Part shown: positions 31,805 through 41,651 of the stretch, piece after piece
Position numbering within the stretch: position 1 is the stretch's first letter
Layout of the letters: each line of letters begins with the position of its first letter
Assembly (NCBI GenBank): GCA_040901985.1
Contig: JBBDYC010000017.1
Coordinates: 32,001 to 96,000, forward strand
Length of the DNA stretch: 64,000 nucleotides
DNA from: Gemmatimonadaceae bacterium
GTDB taxonomy: Bacteria; Gemmatimonadota; Gemmatimonadetes; Gemmatimonadales; Gemmatimonadaceae
Direction of reading: 5' to 3'
Position numbers and translations under genes: made by a program
The notes under the pieces: generated by a model
What the model saw: the letters and a program-made list of their open reading frames with translations, nothing else
Told to the model about the DNA's origin: nothing
The model's database searches: none

Positions 31805-33721
31805 ATGGCATCCATCGCAGCCGCCGCGCCCGCGTCCGCCGACGACGCGTACTCGGAGCAGACCGGGATCTGGAGCTGGATCACGACGGTCGATCACAAA
31901 CGGATCGGCACGCTCTACCTCTGGACCGCGCTGATTTTCTTCCTGATCGGCGGCCTTGAGGCCGTCCTGCTCCGTACGCAGCTGATGCAGCCCAATATGG
32001 GCTTCGTCTCCGCCGAGACGTACAACCAGCTCTTCACGATGCACGGCACGACGATGGTGTTCCTCGCCATCATGCCGCTCTCGGCCGCCTTCTTCAATTA
32101 CCTGATTCCGCTCCAGATCGGCGCCCGCGACGTCGCGTTCCCGCGGCTCAATGCCTTCTCCTACTGGGTCTTCCTCTTCGGCGGCATCTTCATCACGCTG
32201 CCGATCCTCTTCAAGGTCGCTCCCAACGCCGGCTGGTTCGGCTACGCGCCGCTGACCAGCAACCAGTTCTCGGCCGGCCCGAACATCGACTTCTGGGTGC
32301 TCGGCCTGCAGATCCTCGGCATCTCGTCACTCGCCGCCGCGTTCAACTTCATCACCACGATCATCAACATGCGCGCCCCGGGCATGTCCCTGATGCGCAT
32401 GCCGATGTTCACCTGGATGTCGTTCGTCGTCCAGTTCCTCGTCATCCTCGCCTTCCCGCCGATCACGATTGCGCTCTTCTTCCTGCTGATGGATCGCTTC
32501 TTCGGCACGACGTTCTACGCGATCGCCGCCGGCGCCGACCCGCTCCTCTGGCAGCACCTCTTCTGGGTCTTCGGGCACCCCGAGGTCTACATCCTGATCC
32601 TCCCCGCCTTCGGCCTCGTGTCGGAGGTGCTGCCGACCTTCTCCAAGAAGCCGCTCTTCGGCTACAACGTGATGGTCTATTCGGGGATCATGATCGGCTT
32701 CCTCGGCTTCGGCGTCTGGGCCCACCATATGTTCGCGGTCGGGATGGGGGCCGTCGCCGACTCGATCTTCTCGATGATGACGATGCTCATCGCGATCCCG
32801 ACCGGCGTGAAGATCTTCAACTGGATCGCCACGATGTGGAGCGGCGAGATCCGCTTCACCGTCCCGATGAAGTTCGCGATCGCGCTGATCGCGATGTTCA
32901 CCATCGGCGGCATCTCCGGCGTGATGCACTCGTCGCCGCCGGCCGACCTCCAGCAGACCGACACCTATTTCGTCGTCGCGCACTTCCACTACGTGCTCTT
33001 CGGCGGCTCGATCATGGGCATCTTCGCCGGCATCTATCACTACTTCCCGAAGATGACCGGGCGGATGATGAGCGAGCGGATCGGCAACTGGCACTTCTGG
33101 CTCAACTTCATCGGCTTCAACCTGACCTTCTTCCCGATGCACTTGAGCGGGCTGCTCGGGATGCCGCGCCGCATCTACACGTACGACGCCGGTCAGGGGT
33201 GGGAGCTCTTCAACCTCCTCGCCACGCTCGGCACCTACCTGCTCGTGATCTCCACCGCGATCTTTGTCTGGAACTTCCTCCGCAGCCGGAAGCACGGCGC
33301 AGTCGCGGGCAACGATCCGTGGGGCGGAGCGACGCTCGAGTGGTCCATCCCCTCGCCGCCACCCGACTACAACTTCGCGCAGATCCCCGAGGTCGCGTCG
33401 CGCTACCCGCTCTGGGACCTCAAGGACCCACAGAAGACGGCAGGGATTGAGCACTCGCACGCCGACGCGATGACAATCACCGACGCGCACGCGGTGCCGG
33501 TGCACGAGGAGACCGTGCGCCACACGGCGAAGTCGCTCGGCATCCCAATGCCCTTCCCGACCGCCAAGCCGGCCGTTGCCGCCTTCGCGCTGATCATGAT
33601 GTTCAGCGGGCTGCTCTTCCTGCGCAACGACCTGTTCGCCGTCTTCCTGACCGTCACGCTCACCGGGGCGGCCCTGTTCGTCGGCGGGCTCTATAGCTGG
33701 CTCACCAGCCCGCTCGAGTAA
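31805..33721 (+). CDS. ctaD: Cytochrome c oxidase subunit I (A1 type)
   Basis: VDHKRIG, GHPEVY, WAHHM, AHFHY, GMPRR. Confidence 0.98.
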   Translation: MASIAAAAPASADDAYSEQTGIWSWITTVDHKRIGTLYLWTALIFFLIGGLEAVLLRTQLMQPNMGFVSAETYNQLFTMHGTTMVFLAIMPLSAAFFNYLIPLQIGARDVAFPRLNAFSYWVFLFGGIFITLPILFKVAPNAGWFGYAPLTSNQFSAGPNIDFWVLGLQILGISSLAAAFNFITTIINMRAPGMSLMRMPMFTWMSFVVQFLVILAFPPITIALFFLLMDRFFGTTFYAIAAGADPLLWQHLFWVFGHPEVYILILPAFGLVSEVLPTFSKKPLFGYNVMVYSGIMIGFLGFGVWAHHMFAVGMGAVADSIFSMMTMLIAIPTGVKIFNWIATMWSGEIRFTVPMKFAIALIAMFTIGGISGVMHSSPPADLQQTDTYFVVAHFHYVLFGGSIMGIFAGIYHYFPKMTGRMMSERIGNWHFWLNFIGFNLTFFPMHLSGLLGMPRRIYTYDAGQGWELFNLLATLGTYLLVISTAIFVWNFLRSRKHGAVAGNDPWGGATLEWSIPSPPPDYNFAQIPEVASRYPLWDLKDPQKTAGIEHSHADAMTITDAHAVPVHEETVRHTAKSLGIPMPFPTAKPAVAAFALIMMFSGLLFLRNDLFAVFLTVTLTGAALFVGGLYSWLTSPLE

Positions 33722-33737
33722 CCGGAGACCATCGCAC

Positions 33738-34406
33738 GTGTCCACCCACGCCGCCGCGCACCACCACTACACGACGACCGGACTCGACCACCGGAAGATC
33801 GCCATCTGGGCGTTCATCGGGTCCGAGTGCATGCTCTTCGCGTCGCTCATCTCGACCTACCTGATCTACAAGGGGCGGTCCATCACCGGCCCCTTCCCGC
33901 ACACCGAATGGGTCAACGAGGCAGGCCAGGTCTTCAAGCCGATCCTCGACATCCCGGTGACCTCGGCGTCCACCTTCGTGCTGCTGATGTCGTCGCTGGC
34001 GATGGTGCTCGCGCTGCAGGCGGTCCAGCTCAAGGGCGTGCCGCTTCCCGACGGCGCCGGATGGTGGACACGCGCCCAGCGCTCGTCGCAGCTCTGGCTC
34101 TTCATGACGGCGCTCCTCGGCGCCACCTTCCTCGGCTTCCAGGCGTACGAGTTCACCTCGTTCGTCCACGAGGGGCTGACCGTCAGGACGAACCTCTTCG
34201 GCTCGAGCTTCTTCACGCTCACCGGATTCCACGGCGCGCACGTGACCGCCGGCGTGCTCTGGCTCCTGACGCTCCTTTTCATTGATCGCAAGCGCGGGCT
34301 CGCCGGTCCGGCCGACGTGCTCAACGTGGACATCGCCGCGCTCTACTGGCACTTCGTTGACGTGGTCTGGATCGCGATCTTCACGCTTGTCTACCTCATC
34401 CAGTAG
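33738..34406 (+). CDS. ctaE: Cytochrome c oxidase subunit III
   Basis: FIGSEC, TGFHGAHV, YWHFVDVVW. Confidence 0.95.
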   Translation: MSTHAAAHHHYTTTGLDHRKIAIWAFIGSECMLFASLISTYLIYKGRSITGPFPHTEWVNEAGQVFKPILDIPVTSASTFVLLMSSLAMVLALQAVQLKGVPLPDGAGWWTRAQRSSQLWLFMTALLGATFLGFQAYEFTSFVHEGLTVRTNLFGSSFFTLTGFHGAHVTAGVLWLLTLLFIDRKRGLAGPADVLNVDIAALYWHFVDVVWIAIFTLVYLIQ

Positions 34407-34412
34407 GCCGCG

Positions 34413-34739
34413 ATGTCACACGACTCCCATTCCGTCAAGCCGGGCGAGCACGCGCACCCGGGCGGGTGGACCTACCTCAAGGTCGCCGCGATCCTCGCAA
34501 TCATCACCGTCGTCGAGGTCTGGGCCTACTACGTGCCAACGCTCGTCGCGTCACCGCTCTTCAATCCGGCGCTGATCGTCCTCTCGGCGGCGAAGTTCGC
34601 GATCGTGGTGCTGTTCTATATGCACCTCAAGTACGACCACCGCCTCTTCCGGGCGCTCTTCACCGGCCCGCTCATCATCGCGATGGCCACGATCGTCGCA
34701 CTGCTCTTCCTCTTTCATCAGTTGAGCATCAGGTTCTAG
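34413..34739 (+). CDS. ctaF: Cytochrome c oxidase subunit IV
   Basis: 3 TM, KFAIVVLFYMHLKYD. Confidence 0.9.
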   Translation: MSHDSHSVKPGEHAHPGGWTYLKVAAILAIITVVEVWAYYVPTLVASPLFNPALIVLSAAKFAIVVLFYMHLKYDHRLFRALFTGPLIIAMATIVALLFLFHQLSIRF

Positions 34740-34761
34740 TGCGGCGGATGGCGGAGGCGAG

Positions 34762-35256
34762 TCAGACCTGTCCCCCCAGGACCCGCGTCATCCGCTCCGC
34801 CAGCTCCGGATGCCGCTTCCACAGGTACCATCCCATCAGCCCGGCCGCGACGAGGTTCGCGGCGCCGACCTGGTACCACGCCAGCTCGCCGAGAAGTGCG
34901 CGCGCCGAGAGCAGCGCGGTGAGGCCGTAGAAGCCCGCCTCGAAAATCACGAAGAAGAGCAGCAGGCCGACCAACACCGGCGGCGTCCGCTGCGAGACCT
35001 CGACGATCCAGGCGACGATCGTGCCGATTACGACAAACGCCGCGACGTGGACGACGGTGTAGGCGAGGACGTAGCGCAGCGGCGACCAGTCAATCCCCTT
35101 GCCGAGCACGCTGAAGAGCGTGCGGCCGAGCAGTTCCGGAGTCGCGAACGCGCCGCCGCCGACCAGGTCCACGAGCAGGAACCAGAAGGCGACGCCGCCC
35201 GCGCCGAGCAACCCGGCCACCATCCCCTCCTTCCAGACCCGAGCATCCCGTGGCAT
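34762..35256 (-). CDS. Hypothetical 4-TM membrane protein
   Basis: ATG 35256 preceded by GGAGGG; hydrophobic helices; YTVVH. Confidence 0.75.
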   Translation of the reverse strand: MPRDARVWKEGMVAGLLGAGGVAFWFLLVDLVGGGAFATPELLGRTLFSVLGKGIDWSPLRYVLAYTVVHVAAFVVIGTIVAWIVEVSQRTPPVLVGLLLFFVIFEAGFYGLTALLSARALLGELAWYQVGAANLVAAGLMGWYLWKRHPELAERMTRVLGGQV

Positions 35257-35344
35257 CGGCCCCTCCGAGGTTCGGCGTTCCGGCGGACTGCGTCCGTCGG
35301 GCACAGCCACTAACTTGGGCCGATATGTCAACGCTCGCCAGCGA

Positions 35345-36175
35345 ATGACCCCGGTCCTCTTCCTCCATCCAAACGTTGACCTCTCGCAGGGCGGCTTCAC
35401 CGTGCACTGGAGCACGGTGGCCGGCCTCGCCGCGCTCTGGGCCCTCTGGCTCGCCCGCGCCTGGACGCACGCGCGCCTCGCCGAGCGGCGGCCGACGACG
35501 CGTCAGGCGGCCGCGTTCGCCGGCGGCCTCCTCGTGATGTTCCTCGCGCTCAACGGCCCGCTCCACGACATCAGCGACTACTATCTCTTCTCCGGCCATA
35601 TGGTGCAGCACCTCGTGCTCACCATCGCCGTGCCGCCGCTGCTCCTGATCGGTACGCCCGGATGGATGCTCCGCCCCGCACTCGGCATCCCGGCGGTTGC
35701 CGCCGTTGCGCGCTTCGTCACCGCTCCCGCGGTGGCGTTCACGATCTTCAACCTCGTGCTCGCCGCCTGGCACCTGCCGCCGCTCTACAATTCGGCGATG
35801 TACTACCACAGCGTGCACATCGTGCAGCACCTGATGTTCCTCGTCGCCGCGGTGATCATGTGGTGGCCGTTGCTCAGCCCGCTTCCCGAGCTTCCGCGGC
35901 TCAGCTATCCCGGCCAGATGCTGTACAGCTTCCTGATGACGCTGCCGATGACCGTCATCTCGATCTACATCGTCTACGCCGACCACGTGCTGTTTCCGGC
36001 CTATGCGAGCGCGCCGCGGCTCTGGGGGCTTTCGCCACTCGAGGATCAGCGGCTCGGCGGGCTGATCATGTGGATCCCCGGCGGGCTTTTCTTCTACCTC
36101 CTGACCTCGGTCATCTTCTTCAAATGGTCCGCCTCCCAGCGCGACGACCGGGCCGGAGCGCAGGTCGGTGCTTGA
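35345..36175 (+). CDS. ctaG: Cytochrome c oxidase (caa3) assembly factor CtaG
   Basis: HMVQH, PPLLLIG, WHLPP, DQRLGGLIMWIPG. Confidence 0.9.
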   Translation: MTPVLFLHPNVDLSQGGFTVHWSTVAGLAALWALWLARAWTHARLAERRPTTRQAAAFAGGLLVMFLALNGPLHDISDYYLFSGHMVQHLVLTIAVPPLLLIGTPGWMLRPALGIPAVAAVARFVTAPAVAFTIFNLVLAAWHLPPLYNSAMYYHSVHIVQHLMFLVAAVIMWWPLLSPLPELPRLSYPGQMLYSFLMTLPMTVISIYIVYADHVLFPAYASAPRLWGLSPLEDQRLGGLIMWIPGGLFFYLLTSVIFFKWSASQRDDRAGAQVGA

Positions 36176-36205
36176 ACCCCCGTGCGCAGAGGCTAACATC
36201 CGAGG

Positions 36206-37752
36206 ATGGTGAGACCCCTGCTCCTGATCACGCTCGCGGCCTGCTGGGCCGCTGAGGGCGCTGGACAGGGCACCGGCTCCCCGACGCCGCCGACGGCGCG
36301 TCCGCCCACCGCCGCCGCCGCGGGGGGGGGGGCGCCCCCCCGGCGCCCCGCCGCCCACCGCTCGTGGCCACGCTGCCACAGGGACGCGCGGCGCTGGAAC
36401 ACGACCTCGAGACGCTCCTCGGCCGCTCCACGCGCAGCGGCCGCTGGGGCGTTATGGTCCTCTCGCTCGCCAGGGGCGACACCCTCTTCTCGCGCGACGC
36501 CGATGCGCAACTCCTCCCGGCGTCCACGATGAAGCTCTACACGGCGGCAATCGCCTTCGAGCGCTTCGGACCAGCGCACCAGTTCCGCACCGAGGTCCTC
36601 CGCAACGGCGAGCTGCTCGGCGACGGCACCGTGGACGGCGACCTCATCCTGCGAGGCGCCGGCGACCCGTCGCTGGCCCCGAAGTACGCCATCTGGAACG
36701 ACGGGCTGCGACCGATGGACGCGATCGCCGACCTCGTGGTGGCCGCCGGCGTCCGCCGCGTGCGGGGCGACATCGTCGGCGACGCCAGCGCGTTCGACGA
36801 CCGACGCGTCCCCGATGGCTGGCGCCGGCGCTACCTGCAGGCGGGGTATGCGGCGCGCGTCTCGGCGCTCTCGGTGAACGAGAACATCGCGCACGTCAGC
36901 GTGCGCGCCACTCCCCGCGGTGCCGCGGTGCAGTTCTCCGAGCCGCTGATGGGTATGCCTATCAGTTCCACGGTGACGGTGCGTCAGGGGAGCCGGAGCG
37001 CCTTCATCCGCGTCTGGCAGGACACGACGCGCGGCTACTTCCGTGTCCACGGCTGGATCGGCGCGCTCAGTCCCACGCGCACCTATCAGGTCGTGGTCGA
37101 GCAGCCGGAGCACTTTGCGGCGGCGGCGTTCCGGGGCGCGCTCGAACGGCGCGGCATCGTGGTGGACGGCGTCGTTCGCGCCGACCACGCCCCGCCGACC
37201 GCCCAGCGCGTCACGGCGTGGGGTTCGCCGCCGCTCGCCCAGCTCGTCGCGACGATGAACGGCGAGAGCAACAACCACTTTGCCGAACTGCTCTTCCGGA
37301 ACACCGCGCGCAGCACCGGGGGCGTGGGCTCGGCGGACGTCGCCAACGAGTCGCTGCAGGCGTTCATGGCTGACCGCGTCGGCGTCGAGCGCAACGCGGT
37401 CTTCGCCGCCGACGGCAGCGGGCTCTCCACGCTCGATCGCGTGACGCCCCGCTCGATGGTGATGCTGCTCGCCTACGCGGCAGCGGCGCCCTGGGGGCTC
37501 GTCTATCAGTCCACGCTCCCCGTCGCCGGGCGCTCCGAGACGCTGAAAGCCCGGATGCGCCACACGGCGGCGGCGGACAATCTGCGCGGAAAGACCGGCA
37601 CGACAAACGACGTCACCTCGTTGGGCGGCTACGTCACCGCGCGCAACGGGGAACTGCTCGCCTTCGCATTCATCTACAACGGACGTGAGCTTTCGCGGGC
37701 CCGGGCAACGATTGACGCGATGGGCGTGACGCTCGCCGGGTGGGCGCGCTGA
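36206..37752 (+). CDS. dacB: D-Ala-D-Ala carboxypeptidase/endopeptidase (PBP4, S13); signal peptide out of frame at a G11/C7 tract
   Basis: PASTMK (SxxK), SNN (SxN), DGSGLS and KTGT in the 36364 frame; signal peptide MVRPLLLITLAAC in the 36206 frame. Confidence 0.9.
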
Positions 37753-37761
37753 CCCGCCGCC

Positions 37762-38016
37762 TCAGCTGACCAGCGGAGGCGGCGGCGCTTCGGGGTCGGT
37801 CGCGGCCGTCGCATCGAGCAGCCGCACGGCAGTATCCACATCACCTTGTCGCACCACGAGCCGTACCGGGTGCATCACGTCGAGAAACGGCAGCATGCCG
37901 CTGGCGTTGTCCTTGAGCAGCATGCTCGCGATGCCATTGGCATCGAGCACCGCCCGCGCGAACTCCGCTTCGACGCTGTTCGGGAAGGTACGGACGACGA
38001 ACGCATTCTCTGGCAT
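37762..38016 (-). CDS. DUF2007-like putative signal-transducing protein
   Basis: EAEFARAVLDANGI...VRLVVRQGD; AGGAGGA RBS before ATG 38016. Confidence 0.8.
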   Translation of the reverse strand: MPENAFVVRTFPNSVEAEFARAVLDANGIASMLLKDNASGMLPFLDVMHPVRLVVRQGDVDTAVRLLDATAATDPEAPPPPLVS

Positions 38017-38072
38017 CGCTTCCTCCTTCCGTTGAGGTGTGTCGGGATGGTAGCGCAGCGTCCGGCGGTTGG

Positions 38073-39224
38073 CTACCCCGCCGACGTCTGCCTGATGAGT
38101 ACCCCGCGCCTGCCAAGCTCGGTCACATAGCGGTCGCCCGGCACGCACTCGTCCGGCGTGTGCACGCCGGCCGGCTTCACCACGCCCGCCGCCTGCAGCA
38201 GTCCGGTGATCGAGAGGGAATACCCCGTGCAACGCATCATGGCGCTGACGTCGTGCGCCGCATCGTGGCGGTCCACCAGCTCGAACCCGTGCGTCACCGT
38301 CTTGCCGCCCTTCCGTCCCTCGACCACCACGCGCAACGCGACGAGGTCCGGCGCGTTCCGGCGCGTGAGCCGCGGCTCCATCTGGGCGATCGCCACGTCG
38401 CGCGGCACCACCGTCGTGCCCTTCACCTCCACCGGCTCCAGGTCGAGCAGGCCGAGGTCGCGGATCGCCTCCATGATCCGTGCGTGCCCCGGGTATCGCA
38501 GCGTCTTGTACTCCATCGTCGGGATCTTGCCTTCGTAGCGGTGCGCCATCGTCGAGAGCCCGCCGGCCGTGTGAAACGCCTCGAGCTCGCCGAGCGCGTC
38601 GAAATGCACCGGCACGACCTCCGAGAGCGCCGCCATCTGCGCTCGCTTCCCGTCGCGCAACACCCACGACTCCGTCGTGTAGTAGTCGAGCACCCCCTCG
38701 ATCGAATAGACGATCTGATACTGCAGGGGTCCCTCGGGATGCTGCGGCAGCCCGCCGACGTAGATCCGCACGGCATCAACGCTGTCGCAGCGGTCAATCC
38801 CCATCTGGGCAAGGATGTTCACCATCCCCGGAGCGACGCCGCAGTCGGGAACGACAGTGACGCCGGCCTTCGCCGCCTTGGCATCCAGCGCCTTCTGTCG
38901 CTCGACGATCTCGGTGTTCCCTCCGAGGTCCGCGAAATGCGCACCGGCGGCGATTGCCGCCTCGGTCATCCCAAGATTGAGGTAGTACGGCAGCGCGCAC
39001 ATAACCGCCTTGACGCCCGACATCGCCTCCGTCACCGCCGCCGCATCACCGGCGTCCAGCGCAATCACCTTGAGCCGCTCGCCGCCGACATAGGGCTGGA
39101 GGAACGACGGCAGGTGGTCCACCGCGCGATCCGCCAACCGGACCTCGGTGACATTCATATCCTGCAGGAGGTCGTAGGCGCAGGCCGAACCCTGCAGCCC
39201 CGCACCGAGGACGAGCATCCGCAT
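38073..39224 (-). CDS. Saccharopine dehydrogenase / lysine 6-dehydrogenase family
   Basis: VLGAGLQG, DCGVAPG, VGGLPQ, YKTLRYPGH. Confidence 0.92.
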   Translation of the reverse strand: MRMLVLGAGLQGSACAYDLLQDMNVTEVRLADRAVDHLPSFLQPYVGGERLKVIALDAGDAAAVTEAMSGVKAVMCALPYYLNLGMTEAAIAAGAHFADLGGNTEIVERQKALDAKAAKAGVTVVPDCGVAPGMVNILAQMGIDRCDSVDAVRIYVGGLPQHPEGPLQYQIVYSIEGVLDYYTTESWVLRDGKRAQMAALSEVVPVHFDALGELEAFHTAGGLSTMAHRYEGKIPTMEYKTLRYPGHARIMEAIRDLGLLDLEPVEVKGTTVVPRDVAIAQMEPRLTRRNAPDLVALRVVVEGRKGGKTVTHGFELVDRHDAAHDVSAMMRCTGYSLSITGLLQAAGVVKPAGVHTPDECVPGDRYVTELGRRGVLIRQTSAG

Positions 39225-39305
39225 GAGCACTTCTCCGCACGTGGGGTAGATTTGCCGATAGCCCTGCAATTTAGCCCATTTCGGCCCCCTTTTCACCCCT
39301 CGGAC

Positions 39306-39746
39306 GTGTCAACTCGGCGCGGACACCTCCTCGAGACGGACGAAGAGATCGCGGCGCTCCTCGACCGGGTTGCCACGGTCGCCGTGCTCGGAATCAAGCC
39401 GGCCGAGACGGGCGCGCCCGCCTATTACGTGCCTGAGTATGCCCAGCGCGCCGGGCTCCGGATCATCCCCGTGCCCGTCTACTATCCCGAACTGCGCGAA
39501 CTGCTTGGCGAGCACGTGGTGCGCACCGTGAGCGAGATCGGCGAGCGGGTGGACCTCGTGAACGTGTTCCGGCGCCCGCAGGACATCCCCGCGCACGTCA
39601 ACGACCTACTGACGGCGCGCCCGCGGGCCATCTGGTTTCAGTCGGGGATCCGACACGACGCGGCCGCGGAGACGTTGGTCGCCGCGGGGATTGACGTGGT
39701 CCAGGACCGCTGCCTGCTCGTCGAGCTGCAACAGCGGGGGCGCTAG
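39306..39746 (+). CDS. CoA-binding protein (YccU-like)
   Basis: VAVLG, VDLVNVFRR, IWFQSGI, VQDRCL. Confidence 0.9.
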   Translation: MSTRRGHLLETDEEIAALLDRVATVAVLGIKPAETGAPAYYVPEYAQRAGLRIIPVPVYYPELRELLGEHVVRTVSEIGERVDLVNVFRRPQDIPAHVNDLLTARPRAIWFQSGIRHDAAAETLVAAGIDVVQDRCLLVELQQRGR

Positions 39747-39772
39747 CTGGCGGTTCCAACCCGTTTCCGGCG

Positions 39773-40561
39773 CTAGCGCAGGATGACCACCGTCGCGTTG
39801 GCGGCGTGCAACTGCCAGCGCGTGCCGCGCAGGAACTCGCGCGCCTCGCTTCCCTGCAATTGAAGGGGTGGCCGCCCCGGGAGCACCACCAACGAGAGCC
39901 CGGGGAATGTCAGCACGAACGGCAGTTGCTGCAGCGACCGCAACTCCGACGCCGAGCCCGGCGGTCGCCCGAGTGTCAGCGTCCCCGCGCGCTCGTCAAA
40001 GATCGGGTCCGACGTCCAGAGCACGTCGAGTCCGATGCGGATCTCCGTGTCCCGAAGCGCGCGATCAACGGTCGACCGGCCCACGGCCAGCCGGCGCGCG
40101 CCGACCCAGACCTCAGACACCCAGCCGCTCGCGACGATTCCCGTGACCTGCGGGTCGAGGACCGCCATCCGCTCGACATTTCCCGTCCGCACGGAAAAAG
40201 TCCCCAGGGTCTGGCCGTCCACGCTCGGCTCGAAGGGTACCTCGACCGCCGGGCCGCTCGCGCGGGTACGGTAGGGCGCCATCGCCGCAATGGCCCGCAG
40301 CACCGAACCGCTGTCGGCGCCGAACCGTCGCGCCTCCTCGAGGAGGACCTCGGCGATCCGGAAGCGTCCACGCGAGGCGAGATACAGGCCGAGCTCGCCG
40401 CGCGACTCCGGCGCGCGCGGGCGCGCGCGCACCGCTCCGTAGAGCGCATCCTCGGCGGCGGCAAGGCGCCCTGCCGCAAGCATCGAGTCGGCTCGCGAGG
40501 GCACCGCGGGCGGCGCCTGTGCGGCGAGCGGGGGTAGTGGGCAGAACGGGGAGAACACCAC
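39773..40561 (-). CDS. Secreted hypothetical protein with TPR-like N-terminus and possibly degenerate retropepsin-like C-terminus
   Basis: Helical AAAEDALY...GELGLYLASRG; AVLDP and IGLDVL segments. Confidence 0.6.
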   Translation of the reverse strand: MVFSPFCPLPPLAAQAPPAVPSRADSMLAAGRLAAAEDALYGAVRARPRAPESRGELGLYLASRGRFRIAEVLLEEARRFGADSGSVLRAIAAMAPYRTRASGPAVEVPFEPSVDGQTLGTFSVRTGNVERMAVLDPQVTGIVASGWVSEVWVGARRLAVGRSTVDRALRDTEIRIGLDVLWTSDPIFDERAGTLTLGRPPGSASELRSLQQLPFVLTFPGLSLVVLPGRPPLQLQGSEAREFLRGTRWQLHAANATVVILR

Positions 40562-40626
40562 CGCCGCCGCGACGAGCCGGCTCCACGCGAGCGCGCCGCG
40601 CGCCCGACACCCACGCGGCCGGTCGA

Positions 40627-41649
40627 TCAGCCCGCTGCCTCGCGCAGCGCCGCCGCGAACTCCGGCGCCGTTGCGTGGCGGTCGGCCGCGTCGCGCGCCA
40701 TTCCCTTCAGCAACACGGCGTCCACACCCTCGGGGATGTCGGCGCGACGCGTACGCGCCGGGATCGGATCGTTCCGCAACCGCGCGATCATCAGCTCCTG
40801 CTGGTTCCGGCCCTCGAACGGGAGCTTCGACGTGAGCATCTCGTACGTCATCAGCGACAGGGAATAGATGTCGGTCCGCGGGTCGAGCGGCTTGCCACGC
40901 AGCTGCTCCGGGCTCATGAACTCCGGCGTGCCGAGGATGATCCCGGTCGCGGTCAGCTTCTGCAGCTCGCCGCCCGCCTTGCGTTCCTTGGCAAGCCCGA
41001 AGTCCATCACCACTGCGTACTCGGTGCCGTCGGGCTTCTTGCAGATCATGATGTTCTCGGGCTTCAGGTCCCGGTGGATGATCTTGAGCCTGTGCGCGAC
41101 GTGCAGCCCGTCGGCGATCTCACCGACGAAACGCACCGCGTCGGCGAGCGTCGTCTGCCCCACCCGGTAGTTGCGGTCGCTGAGGATCTCGCCCTCGACG
41201 TACGGCATCACGACGTAGGCGAGCCCGTCCTCGGTCTCCCCCATCCGCACGATGTGGCAGACATTCGGATGCGCGAGGCGGATGCCAAGCGCCGCCTCGC
41301 GGCGCAGGCGCGCCATCGCATTCTCGTCCTTGGCCAGCGCCGGCGAGAGGATCTTGATTGCGTAGCGCTCCTGCGAGGCGACGTCGTGGGCGAGATAGAC
41401 ATACGACATCCCGCCTTCGCCAACCTTCTTCACGATGGCGTACCGACGGTCGAGGACCTGGCCGGCCATGTTCGCGTGGCTCGTCGCGCCCCTCTTGGCC
41501 GGCGCGGGCGACGTCGGATCGGGCGTCCGCGCCGACGTGGGGCGCGGCGCCGACGGCCCTTCCGACGCGACCAGCCGGCCGCCGTCCTTGGGGCAAAAGC
41601 GCGAATCGTCGCCGTATGTCGCCCCGCAGGTGGGGCAGCGCATCGCCAT
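40627..41649 (-). CDS. Hanks-type Ser/Thr kinase with N-terminal zinc ribbon
   Basis: CPTCG...FCPKDG; GEGGMS, AIK, HRDLKPEN, DFG, GTPEFMSPEQ. Confidence 0.95.
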   Translation of the reverse strand: MAMRCPTCGATYGDDSRFCPKDGGRLVASEGPSAPRPTSARTPDPTSPAPAKRGATSHANMAGQVLDRRYAIVKKVGEGGMSYVYLAHDVASQERYAIKILSPALAKDENAMARLRREAALGIRLAHPNVCHIVRMGETEDGLAYVVMPYVEGEILSDRNYRVGQTTLADAVRFVGEIADGLHVAHRLKIIHRDLKPENIMICKKPDGTEYAVVMDFGLAKERKAGGELQKLTATGIILGTPEFMSPEQLRGKPLDPRTDIYSLSLMTYEMLTSKLPFEGRNQQELMIARLRNDPIPARTRRADIPEGVDAVLLKGMARDAADRHATAPEFAAALREAAG

Positions 41650-41651
41650 CG

